From: Candidatus Kapaibacterium sp.
GTDB lineage: Bacteria; Bacteroidota; Ignavibacteria; Kapaibacteriales; HRBIN21
NCBI GenBank assembly: GCA_938084565.1
Contig: CALKEU010000013.1
Span: 8,987-72,986 of the forward strand
Length of the DNA stretch: 64,000 nucleotides
Direction of reading: 5' to 3'
Of the stretch, positions 10,561-21,223 are shown one piece after another; position 1 is the stretch's first letter; every line of letters starts with the position of its first letter. The position numbers were made by a program, and so were the translations under genes. The notes under the pieces were generated by a model, which worked only from the letters and a program-made list of their open reading frames with translations, ran no database searches and was not told where the DNA came from.

Positions 10561-13500
10561 ATGGCTCAGAGGTGGTCTATGCTTGAGTACCGGCTCGGCG
10601 ACGAGCAGCTGCGGCGTCGGCTCTTGCAGACGCAGTATAGAGGGCTTACACTGGAGCTCATGGAGGCGCTGGCGTGGGCAGGGACGGTCGCTGCCGGGGT
10701 GCTCTTAGCCATTGTCGTGGGGGAAGCTCTCCTGTTTGCGAGCTCTCCGGTGCGGAAGTGGCTCTGGTATGGGTGGCTTGGACTGACAGCTATCGTCGTT
10801 GTGGCTGCGGTGGCTCCGAAGCTAGCACGTCTGCTTGGCGTACTCCCGCGCGAGCCGCTGGAGCACCTGGCCCTGCGCATTGGGCGGCTCTATCCACACA
10901 TCGGGGATATGCTCTGCAACGTGCTGCAGTTGATGGCGCAGCTCCGCCGACAGCCTCAGGGAACCTCGGCAGAGTTGGTACTTGCGGCCTTCGCACAGGT
11001 TGCCTCCCGAGCACAAGAGGTGAATTTCGATGCTATCCTCGATCGGCGGCGCACACAGCGTGTGTTGTTGCTGTTCTTCGGTGTGCTCGGGGCAGTGGCG
11101 CTCCTGATCGGCACCGTTCCTCCATTGCGCTCGGCCTTCCATCGGATTGTAGCCTGGGAGCGCTCGTTCGTTCCACCGGCTCCCTTTCGGCTTTCTCTGG
11201 AGCCTTCGGAGGCTGTCGTTATGCGGGGAACCCCGGTGAGGATTCTCGTACGAGCCAGCGGCGTGCCACCGGCCACGGTACGCCTCTTCCTCTGGCCGGA
11301 GACGGGTCAGCAGCAGGTTCGGGAGCTTGCAGCAGAAGCACCGGGGGTATTCAGTGCCGAGCTGGGGCCAGTTGTTGTGACCATGCGCTTTGCTGCAGTT
11401 GCCCAGTGGATGGGGCAGGAGGTCTGGAGTCCCGAGGGGCTCCTGCGCGTGGTCGACCGCCCATTGGTACGCGCCCTCTCCGGAGAGATTCGCCCACCGG
11501 CGTATACACGTCTTGACCCCATACGGCTCGATGAGCACAGCTCTGAGCTCGTCGTACCTCGGGGCTCGGTAGCCTCCCTCTCGGTTGAAGCAAGCAAAGC
11601 ACTCCGCACAGCAACGGTCATCTTTCTGCGTGAGGGAAAGCAGGATACCCTGCGTTACCCACTCCACGTGTCCGGGACCACCGCTCGGGGCAGCTTTCCC
11701 ATCTCCAGCTCGGGAAGGTGGGCTGTTGTTCTGCACGATAGCGACGGACAGACCAATGCCAGCCCTCTCTGGTATCGCGTGACAGCCCTCGAGGATGCTC
11801 CCCCGCAGATCTCCTTTGTCGAGCCTACAGCCGATGTGGAGCTTTCCGAGACGGCGATTCTCCCCATACGGGTGAGCATTCGCGACGATTACGGCTTCTC
11901 GCGACTGCTGCTGCATTATCGGCTGAGCTTCTCCCGCTACGTCCCGCCACAGACCACATTCCGTACGCTCACACTTCCTCTTGTGTCCACAAGCACGCTG
12001 CAGGAGGTCCCCTACGTGTGGGATCTGAAGCCACTGAAGCTCTCGCCCGATGACCGATACGAGTTCTTCGTGGAGGTCTGGGACAATGATGCGATTACGG
12101 GTCCTAAGGCAGCCCGGACGCCGGTGCTATCGATCAGCTTGCCCTCGCTGGAACAGGTGCTGCGGCGCTCGGAGGGGCTCCAGCAGAGTGTAGCCGAGAC
12201 GTTGCAGGAGAGCATCCGCCAATTCGAGCAGCTGCGTCGGCAGGGGGAGGAGCTCTATCGCCGTTTGAGTTCGCCGACTGCGCGGCAGCCGCAACAGCAG
12301 GCCGAACAGCAGCGTCAGTTCCAAGAACTTCTCCAGCAGCATCAGCAACTTCAGGAGCAGCTCGGGCAGGTACAACAGCAGTTGCAGCAAATCGCGCAGC
12401 GTCTGGAACAGGTACGGGCTCTCTCACCGGAGACGCTCGAAAAGTACCGAGAGCTGCAGCGGCTCCTTCAGGAGGTGCGTTCGCCCGAGCTCCAGCGCCT
12501 CCTGGAACGCCTCCAGCAGGCCTTACAGCAGATGACGCCGGAGCAGATGCAGCAGGCTCTGCGCCAGTTTCGCTTCAATGAAGAGGAGTTTCGGGCAGCA
12601 CTTGAGCGGACTCTCCGTCTGCTCAAGCGGCTCCAGGCAGAGCAGAAGCTGGATGCTCTCCGCCAGCAGCTCGACAGGCTTGCTGAGCGGCAGGAAGAGC
12701 TCCATCGGGAGACCGAACGTGCTGAGGCAGCCGAGCGGCTCTCTGAGCTGGCTCGCCAGCAGGAGGAGCTGCAGGCAGAGTGGCAGCGTCTGCAGCAGGA
12801 GTGGCAGCAGACGGAGAAACTCCTACGGGAGGTCATACCCGAGACCCCGTCGGAGGCGCTCGCCCAGGCTACTGAGCAGATGAGCAGTTCACAGACAGGG
12901 GAGGCTTTGCAGCAGGCCAGAAGCAGTCTGCAGCGGGGGCAGAGGGGGCAGGCGCAGCAGGCACAGCGCCGGGCGGCCTCGCAGATGCGTTCGGCCGCCG
13001 CAGCGGTGCAGCGCCTCTGGGATGAGCTGCAGCGGCAGCTCACCCGCGAAGTGCAGCGGCAGCTTCAGAAGGCCCTGCTCGATGCGGTGGAGCTCTCTCA
13101 GCAGCAGGAGCAGCTCTACGATCGCACGCGTCCGCTGCCGCCGGGCTCTCGCCGGCTTGCCGAGATTGCCCGTCAGCAGGCGGAACTTCGTAGCGCAACG
13201 GGGGCACTGACGGAGCGTCTCATGGCCGTCGCACAGAAATCCTTTGCCGTTACGCCGCAGATGGCGCGCGAGCTCGGGCTAGCCTTGCGCTCGATGCAGC
13301 AAGCGATGACACATCTGGGAGAGCGTTCGACCTCTCCGGCCGCGCAAGCTCAGCAGGAAGCCATGGAAGCGCTCAACCGTGCCACCCTCTTGCTCCAAGA
13401 TGCTCTCTCCGCACTCCAGGCAGCGGCGGCAGGGGCATGTCCGAACCCAGGCATGGGGCAGGGTGCTGGCGGGATGGGCTTTTTGGAGCGCCTCCAACAG

Positions 13501-14016
13501 CTTGCTCTCCAGCAGCAAGGCATTACACAGGCGCTGCAGCAGCTCTTCCAAGGCCGGCTCACGATGGAGCAGCAAGCGCAGCTTGCGCGTCTGGCAGCAC
13601 AGCAAGCTTACGTGCAACAGTCACTCGAGGAACTTGCCCGCCAGCAGAACCTCCCCGGCGGTGAGCGCCTCTTGGGAGATCTCAGCCGCTTGGCCGAGGA
13701 GATGCGCCAGGTGGTCGAACAACTTCGCAGCGGAACCTTAACAGAGGAGACGCTTCGCCGGCAGCATCGCATCCTGGTGCGTATGCTCGACGCCATGCGC
13801 TCCATCTACGAGCGGGACTACGAGCCACGGCGGGAATCCCGACCCGGCCAGAACATCGTCCGGCCAAGCCCGCCCGAGCTGCCAGCTGAGCGCCGCACTC
13901 TGCTCGTTCCGGAGGAACTCCTGCCAGCACTGCAGCGCACCTATAGCCGAGATTACCAGCGCTTGATTGAGCGGTACTTCGAGCAGTTGCGCCGTTACGG
14001 TTTCGTCAACCCGTGA
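10561..14016 (+). CDS. DUF4175-like membrane-anchored protein with Ig-like domains and a long Gln-rich coiled coil (start 10561 or 10579; the track's 10102 start overlaps brx)
   Basis: N-terminal TM helices, PPAYT motif, DDYGFSRL, VWDND..GPK, QQ-rich heptads, C-terminal YQRLIERYF. Confidence 0.75.
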   Translation: MAQRWSMLEYRLGDEQLRRRLLQTQYRGLTLELMEALAWAGTVAAGVLLAIVVGEALLFASSPVRKWLWYGWLGLTAIVVVAAVAPKLARLLGVLPREPLEHLALRIGRLYPHIGDMLCNVLQLMAQLRRQPQGTSAELVLAAFAQVASRAQEVNFDAILDRRRTQRVLLLFFGVLGAVALLIGTVPPLRSAFHRIVAWERSFVPPAPFRLSLEPSEAVVMRGTPVRILVRASGVPPATVRLFLWPETGQQQVRELAAEAPGVFSAELGPVVVTMRFAAVAQWMGQEVWSPEGLLRVVDRPLVRALSGEIRPPAYTRLDPIRLDEHSSELVVPRGSVASLSVEASKALRTATVIFLREGKQDTLRYPLHVSGTTARGSFPISSSGRWAVVLHDSDGQTNASPLWYRVTALEDAPPQISFVEPTADVELSETAILPIRVSIRDDYGFSRLLLHYRLSFSRYVPPQTTFRTLTLPLVSTSTLQEVPYVWDLKPLKLSPDDRYEFFVEVWDNDAITGPKAARTPVLSISLPSLEQVLRRSEGLQQSVAETLQESIRQFEQLRRQGEELYRRLSSPTARQPQQQAEQQRQFQELLQQHQQLQEQLGQVQQQLQQIAQRLEQVRALSPETLEKYRELQRLLQEVRSPELQRLLERLQQALQQMTPEQMQQALRQFRFNEEEFRAALERTLRLLKRLQAEQKLDALRQQLDRLAERQEELHRETERAEAAERLSELARQQEELQAEWQRLQQEWQQTEKLLREVIPETPSEALAQATEQMSSSQTGEALQQARSSLQRGQRGQAQQAQRRAASQMRSAAAAVQRLWDELQRQLTREVQRQLQKALLDAVELSQQQEQLYDRTRPLPPGSRRLAEIARQQAELRSATGALTERLMAVAQKSFAVTPQMARELGLALRSMQQAMTHLGERSTSPAAQAQQEAMEALNRATLLLQDALSALQAAAAGACPNPGMGQGAGGMGFLERLQQLALQQQGITQALQQLFQGRLTMEQQAQLARLAAQQAYVQQSLEELARQQNLPGGERLLGDLSRLAEEMRQVVEQLRSGTLTEETLRRQHRILVRMLDAMRSIYERDYEPRRESRPGQNIVRPSPPELPAERRTLLVPEELLPALQRTYSRDYQRLIERYFEQLRRYGFVNP

Positions 14017-14023
14017 AGAGCCC

Positions 14024-14437
14024 ATGCGTATTCTGATCCTGTGTACGCACAACGCCCGTCGTTCGCAACTAGCTGAAGCACTCCTGCGCTCCCTTGCAGG
14101 CTCTCGCTGTGAGGTCTACAGCGCTGGTACGGAGCCTAGCCAGGTCGATCCGAGAGTCCTCACAGTGCTCGGTGAGCTCGGTATTCCTGTCGAGGGGCTG
14201 CGCTCCAAATCGGTCGAGGAGTTTCGCGATCAGCACTTCGATGTGGTGCTAACCGTCTGTGACGACGCCCGGGAGCGCTGCCCAGTCTTCCCCGGTGCAC
14301 CGCGCCAGCTCCACTGGAGCCTGCCCGATCCGGGGCAAGTGCAGGGGAGGCCGGAAGAGGTGCTTGAGGCTTTTCGTCGTGTGCGAGACGAGCTCCTCGA
14401 ACGACTGCGCCAGGAGATTCTGCCATTGCTGCCGTAG
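14024..14437 (+). CDS. arsC: Arsenate reductase / LMW-PTP family protein
   Basis: CTHNARRSQ P-loop (CX5R), SAGTEP, TVCDDARERCPVFPG resolving Cys pair, HWSLPDP. Confidence 0.8.
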   Translation: MRILILCTHNARRSQLAEALLRSLAGSRCEVYSAGTEPSQVDPRVLTVLGELGIPVEGLRSKSVEEFRDQHFDVVLTVCDDARERCPVFPGAPRQLHWSLPDPGQVQGRPEEVLEAFRRVRDELLERLRQEILPLLP

Positions 14438-14447
14438 AGCCGGGACA

Positions 14448-15632
14448 ATGCACGTGGCGCTGCTGAGCTACCACTTCCTGCCGCGCATTGGGGGCGTAGA
14501 GATCGCCACGCATCAGCTCGCAACGGCTCTTCGGAAGCTTGGGCTTGAGGTCACTGTGGTCACGCCTAGCAGGCCACCTGAGGGGAGAGCGCTCTACCGC
14601 TGTATGCAGCTGCCTGGCTGGCGGGGGATCCCTCGGCCCTGGCGTACTTGGGCGGCGCTGGCTCGGCTCTACCGACGGCATCCCTACCAGGTCCTCGTAG
14701 CGCAAATGCTCTACCCGGCAGGCTATGATGCCTGCTGGTTCGGCCGATGGGCCCGTATCCCCGTGGTGGTGATGCCCCAGGGGTCAGATATTCACCTCTA
14801 CGAGCCGCTCGGCTACGGACTTCGGCTCATGCCTGGGGTCGACAGCCGTCTCCGGAGGGTCATCCGATGGGCATCGGCTTTGACGGTGTCGAGCGAGCTC
14901 ATGCGGCGGGAATTAGTGCTGTTGGCGGCAGAGGCCGAATCGAAGAGCGTCTTTGTCCCCAATGGAACTGTGGTCAGCCACTTCCGTGGCCTCGAGCGCT
15001 CTCCTCTACGAGCTCGCTTTGGGGTTGCCCTGGAGGAGGTGGTCTTCGTCACCATTAGCCGGCATAGCCCAATTAAGGGATTGCCCCTCCTCCTGGAGGC
15101 GGCACGTCAGCTTGCCCGGGAGCAGCCTCGAGGGTGGCGCCTCTGGATTGCTGGCATGGGGACGCCCCAGCTGCGAGAACAGATCGGCCATTTGCCCCAG
15201 ATTGAACTGCTCGGCCAGCTACCGCAGGTGGAATACGATGGGGAGGGCTTTCTGCAGCCACCCCCGATGCTGGTCGAACGGCTCTGTGCTGCCGATGTGT
15301 ATGTGGCCCCTGCCCTGAGTGGGGGATTTGAGCTGTCCTGTGCCGATGCCCTCGCTGCTGGCTTGCCCGTCCTTGTATGCCGCACGAATGGCACATCTGA
15401 CTTTGTCCGTTCCCATGGAGCCGGGCTCGTCCTTCCCCCGGCCGATCCCCGTGCGCTGCGCGAGGCTATGCAGTGGATGCTCTCCCGTCCTGAGGAGCGC
15501 CGTGCGATGAGCCAGCGGGCACGGCAAGCGGCCGAAGGATTAGATTGGATGGAGGTGGCCCGACGCTGCCACCACATCTGCCAGTGGGTGCTGAAGCAAA
15601 GGGAGAAACCATGGCCGAGCGTGTGCTCGTGA
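14448..15632 (+). CDS. Glycosyltransferase family 4
   Basis: GGVEIATHQLA N-terminus, VPNG, KGLPLLLEA, DALAAGLPVL. Confidence 0.85.
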   Translation: MHVALLSYHFLPRIGGVEIATHQLATALRKLGLEVTVVTPSRPPEGRALYRCMQLPGWRGIPRPWRTWAALARLYRRHPYQVLVAQMLYPAGYDACWFGRWARIPVVVMPQGSDIHLYEPLGYGLRLMPGVDSRLRRVIRWASALTVSSELMRRELVLLAAEAESKSVFVPNGTVVSHFRGLERSPLRARFGVALEEVVFVTISRHSPIKGLPLLLEAARQLAREQPRGWRLWIAGMGTPQLREQIGHLPQIELLGQLPQVEYDGEGFLQPPPMLVERLCAADVYVAPALSGGFELSCADALAAGLPVLVCRTNGTSDFVRSHGAGLVLPPADPRALREAMQWMLSRPEERRAMSQRARQAAEGLDWMEVARRCHHICQWVLKQREKPWPSVCS

Positions 15633-16603
15633 CTGGAGCAGGTGGATTCATCGGCAGCCATGTCGTGGAGGCCCTCGTGCGAGAGGGCTATCACGTGAGA
15701 GCCTTTGTGCGGTATGTCTCCAGCGGGAGCATTGGGAATTTGGCGCATCTGGAGCCAGGGGTGCTGGCAGAGGTAGAGCTCGTGCGCGGGGATATCCGCG
15801 ATGCGGATGCCGTTCGGCGTGCCTGCAGCCAGTGCCATAGCGTGCTCCACTTGGCTGCCTCTATTAGCATCCCGTACTCCTACGTCCACCCCCGGGAGAT
15901 TGTAGAGACCAACCTGCTCGGGACCCTCAACATGCTCTCGGCGCTTCTGGATAGCGGGAGTATCGAGCGTGTGGTGGTGACCTCTACGAGCGAGGTTTTC
16001 GGCACGGCGCAGTATGTGCCAATGGATGAAGGCCATCCCCTCCAGCCGCAGTCACCCTATGCGGCAAGCAAAGCAGCCGCCGATATGCTGGCGGAGAGCT
16101 TCTTCCGTACCTATGGGCTACCGGTGGTGGTGCTGAGGCCCTTCAACACATACGGGCCTCGGCAATCTCTGCGAGCAGTAGTTCCCACGATCATCGTGCA
16201 GGCGCTCCGTGGTCAGGCAATACGACTGGGGCGGCTCGAACCGAAGCGCGACTTGCTCTACGTGGCCGATACCGTTGCTGCATTCCTGGCCGTTCTCCGT
16301 GCCCCTAGCGATGCTGTAGTGGGGCAGAGTTTCAATGTTGGGACCGGACAGGAGATCAGCATTGGCGAGCTGTGTCAGCGCATCTGTGCTCTTGTCGGCA
16401 AGCCCGAGCTCCCGATTTACTGTGAAGAGCAGCGACTGCGCCCGGAGCAGAGTGAGGTCTATCGCCTCTGTGCCGACAGCCGCAAAGCACGGCAACATCT
16501 GGGATGGGCGCCGCGATACACTCTCGATTGCGGGCTCCAGGAGACAATTGCATGGTTTGCCGAGCACGTACCATACTGGCCAGCGGAGCACTATGCTGTG
16601 TAA
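15611..16603 (+). CDS. NAD-dependent nucleotide-sugar 4,6-dehydratase/epimerase (LegB-like)
   Basis: [53 protein letters not shown]. Confidence 0.9.
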   Translation: MAERVLVTGAGGFIGSHVVEALVREGYHVRAFVRYVSSGSIGNLAHLEPGVLAEVELVRGDIRDADAVRRACSQCHSVLHLAASISIPYSYVHPREIVETNLLGTLNMLSALLDSGSIERVVVTSTSEVFGTAQYVPMDEGHPLQPQSPYAASKAAADMLAESFFRTYGLPVVVLRPFNTYGPRQSLRAVVPTIIVQALRGQAIRLGRLEPKRDLLYVADTVAAFLAVLRAPSDAVVGQSFNVGTGQEISIGELCQRICALVGKPELPIYCEEQRLRPEQSEVYRLCADSRKARQHLGWAPRYTLDCGLQETIAWFAEHVPYWPAEHYAV

Positions 16604-16642
16604 CTGTCGCAGCCTGTCAGACCGAGCCTGTGCCATCGGGGA

Positions 16643-17683
16643 GTGATGATCGATCTGCGGAGCGATACCGTAACGCAGCCGACCGAAGAGATGCGCCGCA
16701 TCATGGCGCAAGCCCCCGTCGGAGATGATGTCTTCGGTGAGGACCCCTCCGTCAACGCCCTGCAGGAGTACGTGGCTGAATTGCTCGGGAAGGAGGCGGC
16801 ACTCTTCGTCCCGAGCGGCGTGATGGGCAATCAGATCGCTCTGGCACTCCACTGCCGTCCAGGGGATGAAGTGATTGTGGAGGCAGCATCGCACATTTTC
16901 ACCTACGAGACAGCGGCTCCGGCCGTCATTGCGCGCGTCCAGCTCTGCTGTCTCCCTTCGGCAATGGGGCAGATACCCCTAGAGGAACTCCAGCGAGCTC
17001 TCCGCCCGCGGGAGTACTATTTCCCGCGGACGGCACTGCTGTGCCTTGAAAATACGCACAATCGGCATGGAGGGACCGTTCTGCCATTGTCCTATATCGA
17101 GCAGGCTGCTGAGCTTGTGCGCCGCTACGGGATTGCGCTTCACTGTGATGGAGCGCGGTTGTGGAATGCCTGTGCAGCTACCGGGATTACCCCGCGGCAA
17201 TATGCCGAGCCTTTCGATACCGTGATGGTGTGCTTCTCGAAGGGTCTGGGGGCTCCCGTGGGGTCAGCGCTAGTGGGCAGTCGGGCTTTCATTGAGGAAG
17301 CCCGCCGATGGCGGAAGATACTCGGTGGGGGCATGCGTCAGGCCGGGATTCTGGCTGCGGCGGCTCTCTATGCCCTGCGCCACCATCGGGAGCGCCTACA
17401 GGAAGATCACGAGCACGCTCGCCTCTTTGCCACTCTTTTGGCCGATGCGGCGGTAGTCGAAGTGGACTTGGAGCGAGTGCAGACCAACATCGTTGTCTTC
17501 CGCTATCCGCAGAAGATCTCCTTTGCGGCGTTTGCCGAGGCATGCCGTCGAGAAGGGGTCCTGCTCAGTCAAGGGCTTCCCGGTTATGCCCGTGCGGTCT
17601 TCCATTTACACATTAGCCGTCAGCAGGCATGTGAGGCCGCGCAGCGTATCATCCGGGCAGTGCGTTCGCCTGGTGTAGTCTGA
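16643..17683 (+). CDS. ltaE: Low-specificity L-threonine aldolase
   Basis: [51 protein letters not shown]. Confidence 0.93.
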   Translation: MMIDLRSDTVTQPTEEMRRIMAQAPVGDDVFGEDPSVNALQEYVAELLGKEAALFVPSGVMGNQIALALHCRPGDEVIVEAASHIFTYETAAPAVIARVQLCCLPSAMGQIPLEELQRALRPREYYFPRTALLCLENTHNRHGGTVLPLSYIEQAAELVRRYGIALHCDGARLWNACAATGITPRQYAEPFDTVMVCFSKGLGAPVGSALVGSRAFIEEARRWRKILGGGMRQAGILAAAALYALRHHRERLQEDHEHARLFATLLADAAVVEVDLERVQTNIVVFRYPQKISFAAFAEACRREGVLLSQGLPGYARAVFHLHISRQQACEAAQRIIRAVRSPGVV

Positions 17684-17699
17684 AGCAGGAGAATACGCA

Positions 17700-18170
17700 A
17701 TGGCCGAGCGCTGGACAGTCGGTGAGCTATCGCACTTTCGGCACCGCATGGTCGGTCGCGTGCGGTCGCATGAAGTTGATCGCCAGGGCATTGTGCACAA
17801 TGCTGTCTATCTCTACTGGCTCGAGGATGGCCGGGTGGAGTACTTTCGCAGTGTGGGGTTGCCGCTGGACCAGCAGACTTTCATTACGAAGCATCGCTTT
17901 GTAGTGGCGCGCATTGAGATCGACTACCGTCTGGCGGCGCAGTTCGACGAGGAGTACGAAGTGCTGACGCGCGTGGCCTATGTTGGGCGGACCTCGCTGG
18001 GCTTCGAGCAGCGAGTGCATCGCCTTCCTGAGCAGGCTCTCTTGGTGCGGGCTCGCACAGTTCTGGTGCACTTGAATCCGGCCACACACCGTCCTGAGCG
18101 GATCCAGGATGCGTATCGGGAGCTGATCCGGCACTATGAGGGGGAGTATGTGCGGTTGGAGGAGGGATGA
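17700..18170 (+). CDS. Acyl-CoA thioesterase (YbgC/FadM hot-dog fold)
   Basis: EVDRQGIVHNAVYLYWLEDGR motif. Confidence 0.88.
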   Translation: MAERWTVGELSHFRHRMVGRVRSHEVDRQGIVHNAVYLYWLEDGRVEYFRSVGLPLDQQTFITKHRFVVARIEIDYRLAAQFDEEYEVLTRVAYVGRTSLGFEQRVHRLPEQALLVRARTVLVHLNPATHRPERIQDAYRELIRHYEGEYVRLEEG

Positions 18171-19684
18171 GTAAGCTAGCTCGTTGGCTTGCTGTGCGCA
18201 GCATTGTTGCGCGCTTGGATGTGCCGGCATACTGGCAGCAGCCTGCTTATCGTGATCGTATGCAGCAGTGGATTCGCGAGGGGCTCGGGGGTGTGTGTCT
18301 TTTCGGAGGCACGGTTGAGCAAGCGGCTCGAGCGGCTCACGAGATACAGAGTCTGGCGGCCGTGCCGGTGATAGTGGCTGCCGATCTGGAGTTTGGGCTT
18401 CCGATGCGTTTCTCCGGTGGGACGGCTTTTCCTCGGGCATGGGCTCTGGCGCGGGCTGGTCGTCCGGAGTGGACGGCGGCGGTCTCCCGTGCCATTGCCC
18501 GTCAGGCACGCTGGTGTGGCATTGGGTGGAATTTTGCTCCTGTGTGTGATCTGGCTACTCATCCGGCTACTTCCATTGGTGTCCGTGCGTTTGGGGCGGA
18601 TGCTGTGGAGGCAGCTGCGCACGTTCGAGCGTGGGTGCTGGCCTCGCAAGCCGAAGGGGTATGGGCCTGCGCCAAGCACTTCCCCGGTCATGGTGATGTT
18701 GCGGTGGATTCTCATGAGGCACTCCCAGAGCTTACCATCTCCCGGGAGCAGTTGTGGGAGCGCGAACTGGAGCCATTTCGAGCGGCTCTGGCTGCCGGTG
18801 TTGCTGGCGTCATGCTGGGGCATCTGCGTGTTCCAGCCCTCGGGATTCGAGAGGAGCCGGCTTCGCTGTCTGCACACGCCATAGGCTTTCTCCGAGAGCA
18901 GCTCAACTACGAGGGCATCATCATAACGGATGCGCTTGACATGGGCGCTATTCTCCAGTACTGGAGTACTGCCGAGGCGGTGGAGCGAGCGCTACGGGCT
19001 GGCGTCGATCTCCTGCTCATGCCGGCCGACCTTGAGGAAGCCGTGGAAGCAGCCGTACACCTGCTGGAACGCACTCCTGAGCTTGTGTCGCAGCGGCGGC
19101 AAAGCCTCCTGCGGGTACAGCGTGTCCGCGCCCGGCTCGATACCAGTGAACTCAGCAGCGAGGGCGAAGATCCTGCAGCGTCCTCATCGTTAGCGCTGCA
19201 AGTGGCCTGGGCTGCCATCGAGCTGGCCGGCGATGCTGGGCTGGTCCCACTCCCGGCCGACGCACATGTTGCACTCTTTGCCTACGTTGTCGATAAGCGG
19301 TTAGAGCTGGCGACGCTCTTTTTCCGCCTCCTGAGCCAGCAGACGCGCTGCCACTGCGATATGGCGTACATTGATCCGGAGCTCACGCCGGAGGAAGAGT
19401 ATCGACTGCTTGAGGCTATTGCAGGTGCAACCCATGCTGTCGTTGTGTTCCTTCTCCCGCCGCGGGTGAGTGCCCAGGGGATTAGCCGAGCCTATGAGTT
19501 TGCCGCTGCCTGTGCTAGCCGTTTGCCAACGGTGGCTGTTGTGTGTGGAAATCCATCGGTGCCAATCCCCCCGGCGGTGAAGGCAGTAGTACGGACGTAC
19601 TCCGATACAGAACCCAGCGTTGCAGCAGCGGCGTTTGTGCTTGCCGGGATTCAACCACTGTGGGGTGAGCATGGATTGGTATGA
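18167..19684 (+). CDS. nagZ: GH3 beta-N-acetylhexosaminidase
   Basis: ADLEFG, FAPVCD, KHFPGHGD..DSH, ITDALDMGA. Confidence 0.85.
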   Translation: MSKLARWLAVRSIVARLDVPAYWQQPAYRDRMQQWIREGLGGVCLFGGTVEQAARAAHEIQSLAAVPVIVAADLEFGLPMRFSGGTAFPRAWALARAGRPEWTAAVSRAIARQARWCGIGWNFAPVCDLATHPATSIGVRAFGADAVEAAAHVRAWVLASQAEGVWACAKHFPGHGDVAVDSHEALPELTISREQLWERELEPFRAALAAGVAGVMLGHLRVPALGIREEPASLSAHAIGFLREQLNYEGIIITDALDMGAILQYWSTAEAVERALRAGVDLLLMPADLEEAVEAAVHLLERTPELVSQRRQSLLRVQRVRARLDTSELSSEGEDPAASSSLALQVAWAAIELAGDAGLVPLPADAHVALFAYVVDKRLELATLFFRLLSQQTRCHCDMAYIDPELTPEEEYRLLEAIAGATHAVVVFLLPPRVSAQGISRAYEFAAACASRLPTVAVVCGNPSVPIPPAVKAVVRTYSDTEPSVAAAAFVLAGIQPLWGEHGLV

Positions 19685-20663
19685 AGGCCCTCCAGAGACC
19701 GTCTACGAGCGCCTGCGCGAGGCGGTAGAGCAGAGTCTGCGCGGAGTTGTAGAGAAGTTGCATCCGAGGACTTGCCTCCGTCGCACCGTTGAGTACGTGC
19801 TCACGCTGTCGGGTAAGCGGATACGGCCACTCCTATGCCTGCTGGCCTCAGCGCTTGAGGGAGGCTCGCCCCGGAGAGCCGTACCGGCAGCAGCGGCAGT
19901 GGAGCTAGTGCACACCTTCACGCTGGTGCACGATGACATCATGGATAACTCCCCGATGCGGCGCGGACAGCCGACCGTGCATGTGCGCTGGGGGACTGCT
20001 GTGGCTATCCTGACGGGCGATGTCCTCGTGGGGCTTGCCTATGAGCTCATGGAGCAGTATGCCACGCATCCCTTCTACGCGCAGCTCCTGGCCACTCTGA
20101 CCCGTAGCTTGATAGAGGTCTCTGAAGGACAGGCGCTTGATCTGGAGCTGCCGGATCGGGGGGAGATGAGCCTTGAGGATTACTGGCACATGATCGATGG
20201 CAAGACTGTTGCGCTCCTACGGGGTGCCCTCCTCATTGGAGCTCTTGTCGGTGAGCTCAGCTGGCCGACACGGCACACACTCGAGCAGCTTGCTCTCCCT
20301 CTGGGACGGGCCTTTCAGCTGCAGGATGATCTCCTCGACCTGGTCGGGGACTCTGCCGCTATGGGGAAGCCGCCGGGGACGGATCTGCGGGAGGGAAAGA
20401 TGACCTATGCCGTGCTCCGGGCACTCCAGCTGCAGCCGGCTCATGAGCTCTTAGGGCGATATCGGCAACGTCGACCGATGGCGGAGACAGAGATTGCGCA
20501 GCTCATTGAGCTCTTCGAGGGACTTGGCCTGCTGCAGGAGATGCAGCAACAAATTGCTGCCTACTATGGGACGGTCTTCTCACTGCTGGATGAGCTCCCG
20601 TCAACGCCGGCCCGGGAGCTTCTCCGTACACTCTGTCGCCAGCTCCAGCGCCGCCGACATTAA
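19671..20663 (+). CDS. Polyprenyl diphosphate synthase
   Basis: GKRIRP, HDDIMD..RRG (FARM), FQLQDDLLD (SARM), DLREGKMT. Confidence 0.92.
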   Translation: MDWYEGPPETVYERLREAVEQSLRGVVEKLHPRTCLRRTVEYVLTLSGKRIRPLLCLLASALEGGSPRRAVPAAAAVELVHTFTLVHDDIMDNSPMRRGQPTVHVRWGTAVAILTGDVLVGLAYELMEQYATHPFYAQLLATLTRSLIEVSEGQALDLELPDRGEMSLEDYWHMIDGKTVALLRGALLIGALVGELSWPTRHTLEQLALPLGRAFQLQDDLLDLVGDSAAMGKPPGTDLREGKMTYAVLRALQLQPAHELLGRYRQRRPMAETEIAQLIELFEGLGLLQEMQQQIAAYYGTVFSLLDELPSTPARELLRTLCRQLQRRRH

Positions 20664-21223
20664 CGGCGCAGGTCGATGACCTCGGTGCCTGCTGGGGGCT
20701 GAAAGCGAAAATCTCGCGCCGTCACTGGCGGATTGGGCTGGAAGGAGCGGATGTGCCAGCGCTGGGTTCCTGCCTCTCCACGCAGTTCAATACCCAAAAG
20801 TTGCCAGTTGCGCGGGCGCACCATCAGCAGAGCTTCTGCAAAAGCGAACTCCGACAGGGGACAGCGTACATAGAGTGTATCGGCCGAACGCCGTACTACC
20901 GTCAACGGGGCCTGCTCGAGCATGGTAGTGATGACCTGTTCCAGTCCGCTACCGAGCGCTGCCGAGGCCGAAGAGATGAGCACTTGGCGGCGCGCAGGTA
21001 TATAGCTCCAGACCGTGTCTCCATCGCTTACCACCAGATGCCCATTCCAGACGGCTCGAAAACGGTTTCCCCGGGCTACCTTCAGCGAGACTTCAACCCC
21101 ATCGGGTGACACAGCCTCGAGAGCCAGACTCCGCAGGCGGCCGTAGAAGCGCCGCAGCCCTTCGAGCTCATCGGCATAGAGTACCGACGGCAGGAGGAGT
21201 ATTGAGAGAACCCACCACCTCAT
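20660..21223 (-). CDS. lolA: Outer-membrane lipoprotein carrier LolA-like protein
   Basis: Signal peptide, VVSDGDTVWSY..QV, C-terminal FRFQPPAGTEVIDLR. Confidence 0.75.
   Translation of the reverse strand: MRWWVLSILLLPSVLYADELEGLRRFYGRLRSLALEAVSPDGVEVSLKVARGNRFRAVWNGHLVVSDGDTVWSYIPARRQVLISSASAALGSGLEQVITTMLEQAPLTVVRRSADTLYVRCPLSEFAFAEALLMVRPRNWQLLGIELRGEAGTQRWHIRSFQPNPPVTARDFRFQPPAGTEVIDLRR

Noticed and set aside
12200-13700. CAG-rich stretches as tandem repeats or a CRISPR-like array
   Set aside because: They encode Gln-rich coiled-coil heptads; there is no fixed repeat-spacer periodicity.
14448-15632. GT4 as bacillithiol synthase BshA, given the nearby bacilliredoxin
   Set aside because: It lacks the BshA-typical GGSG..ATELG, HYAIPH and ESFG motifs; the similarity is generic GT4.
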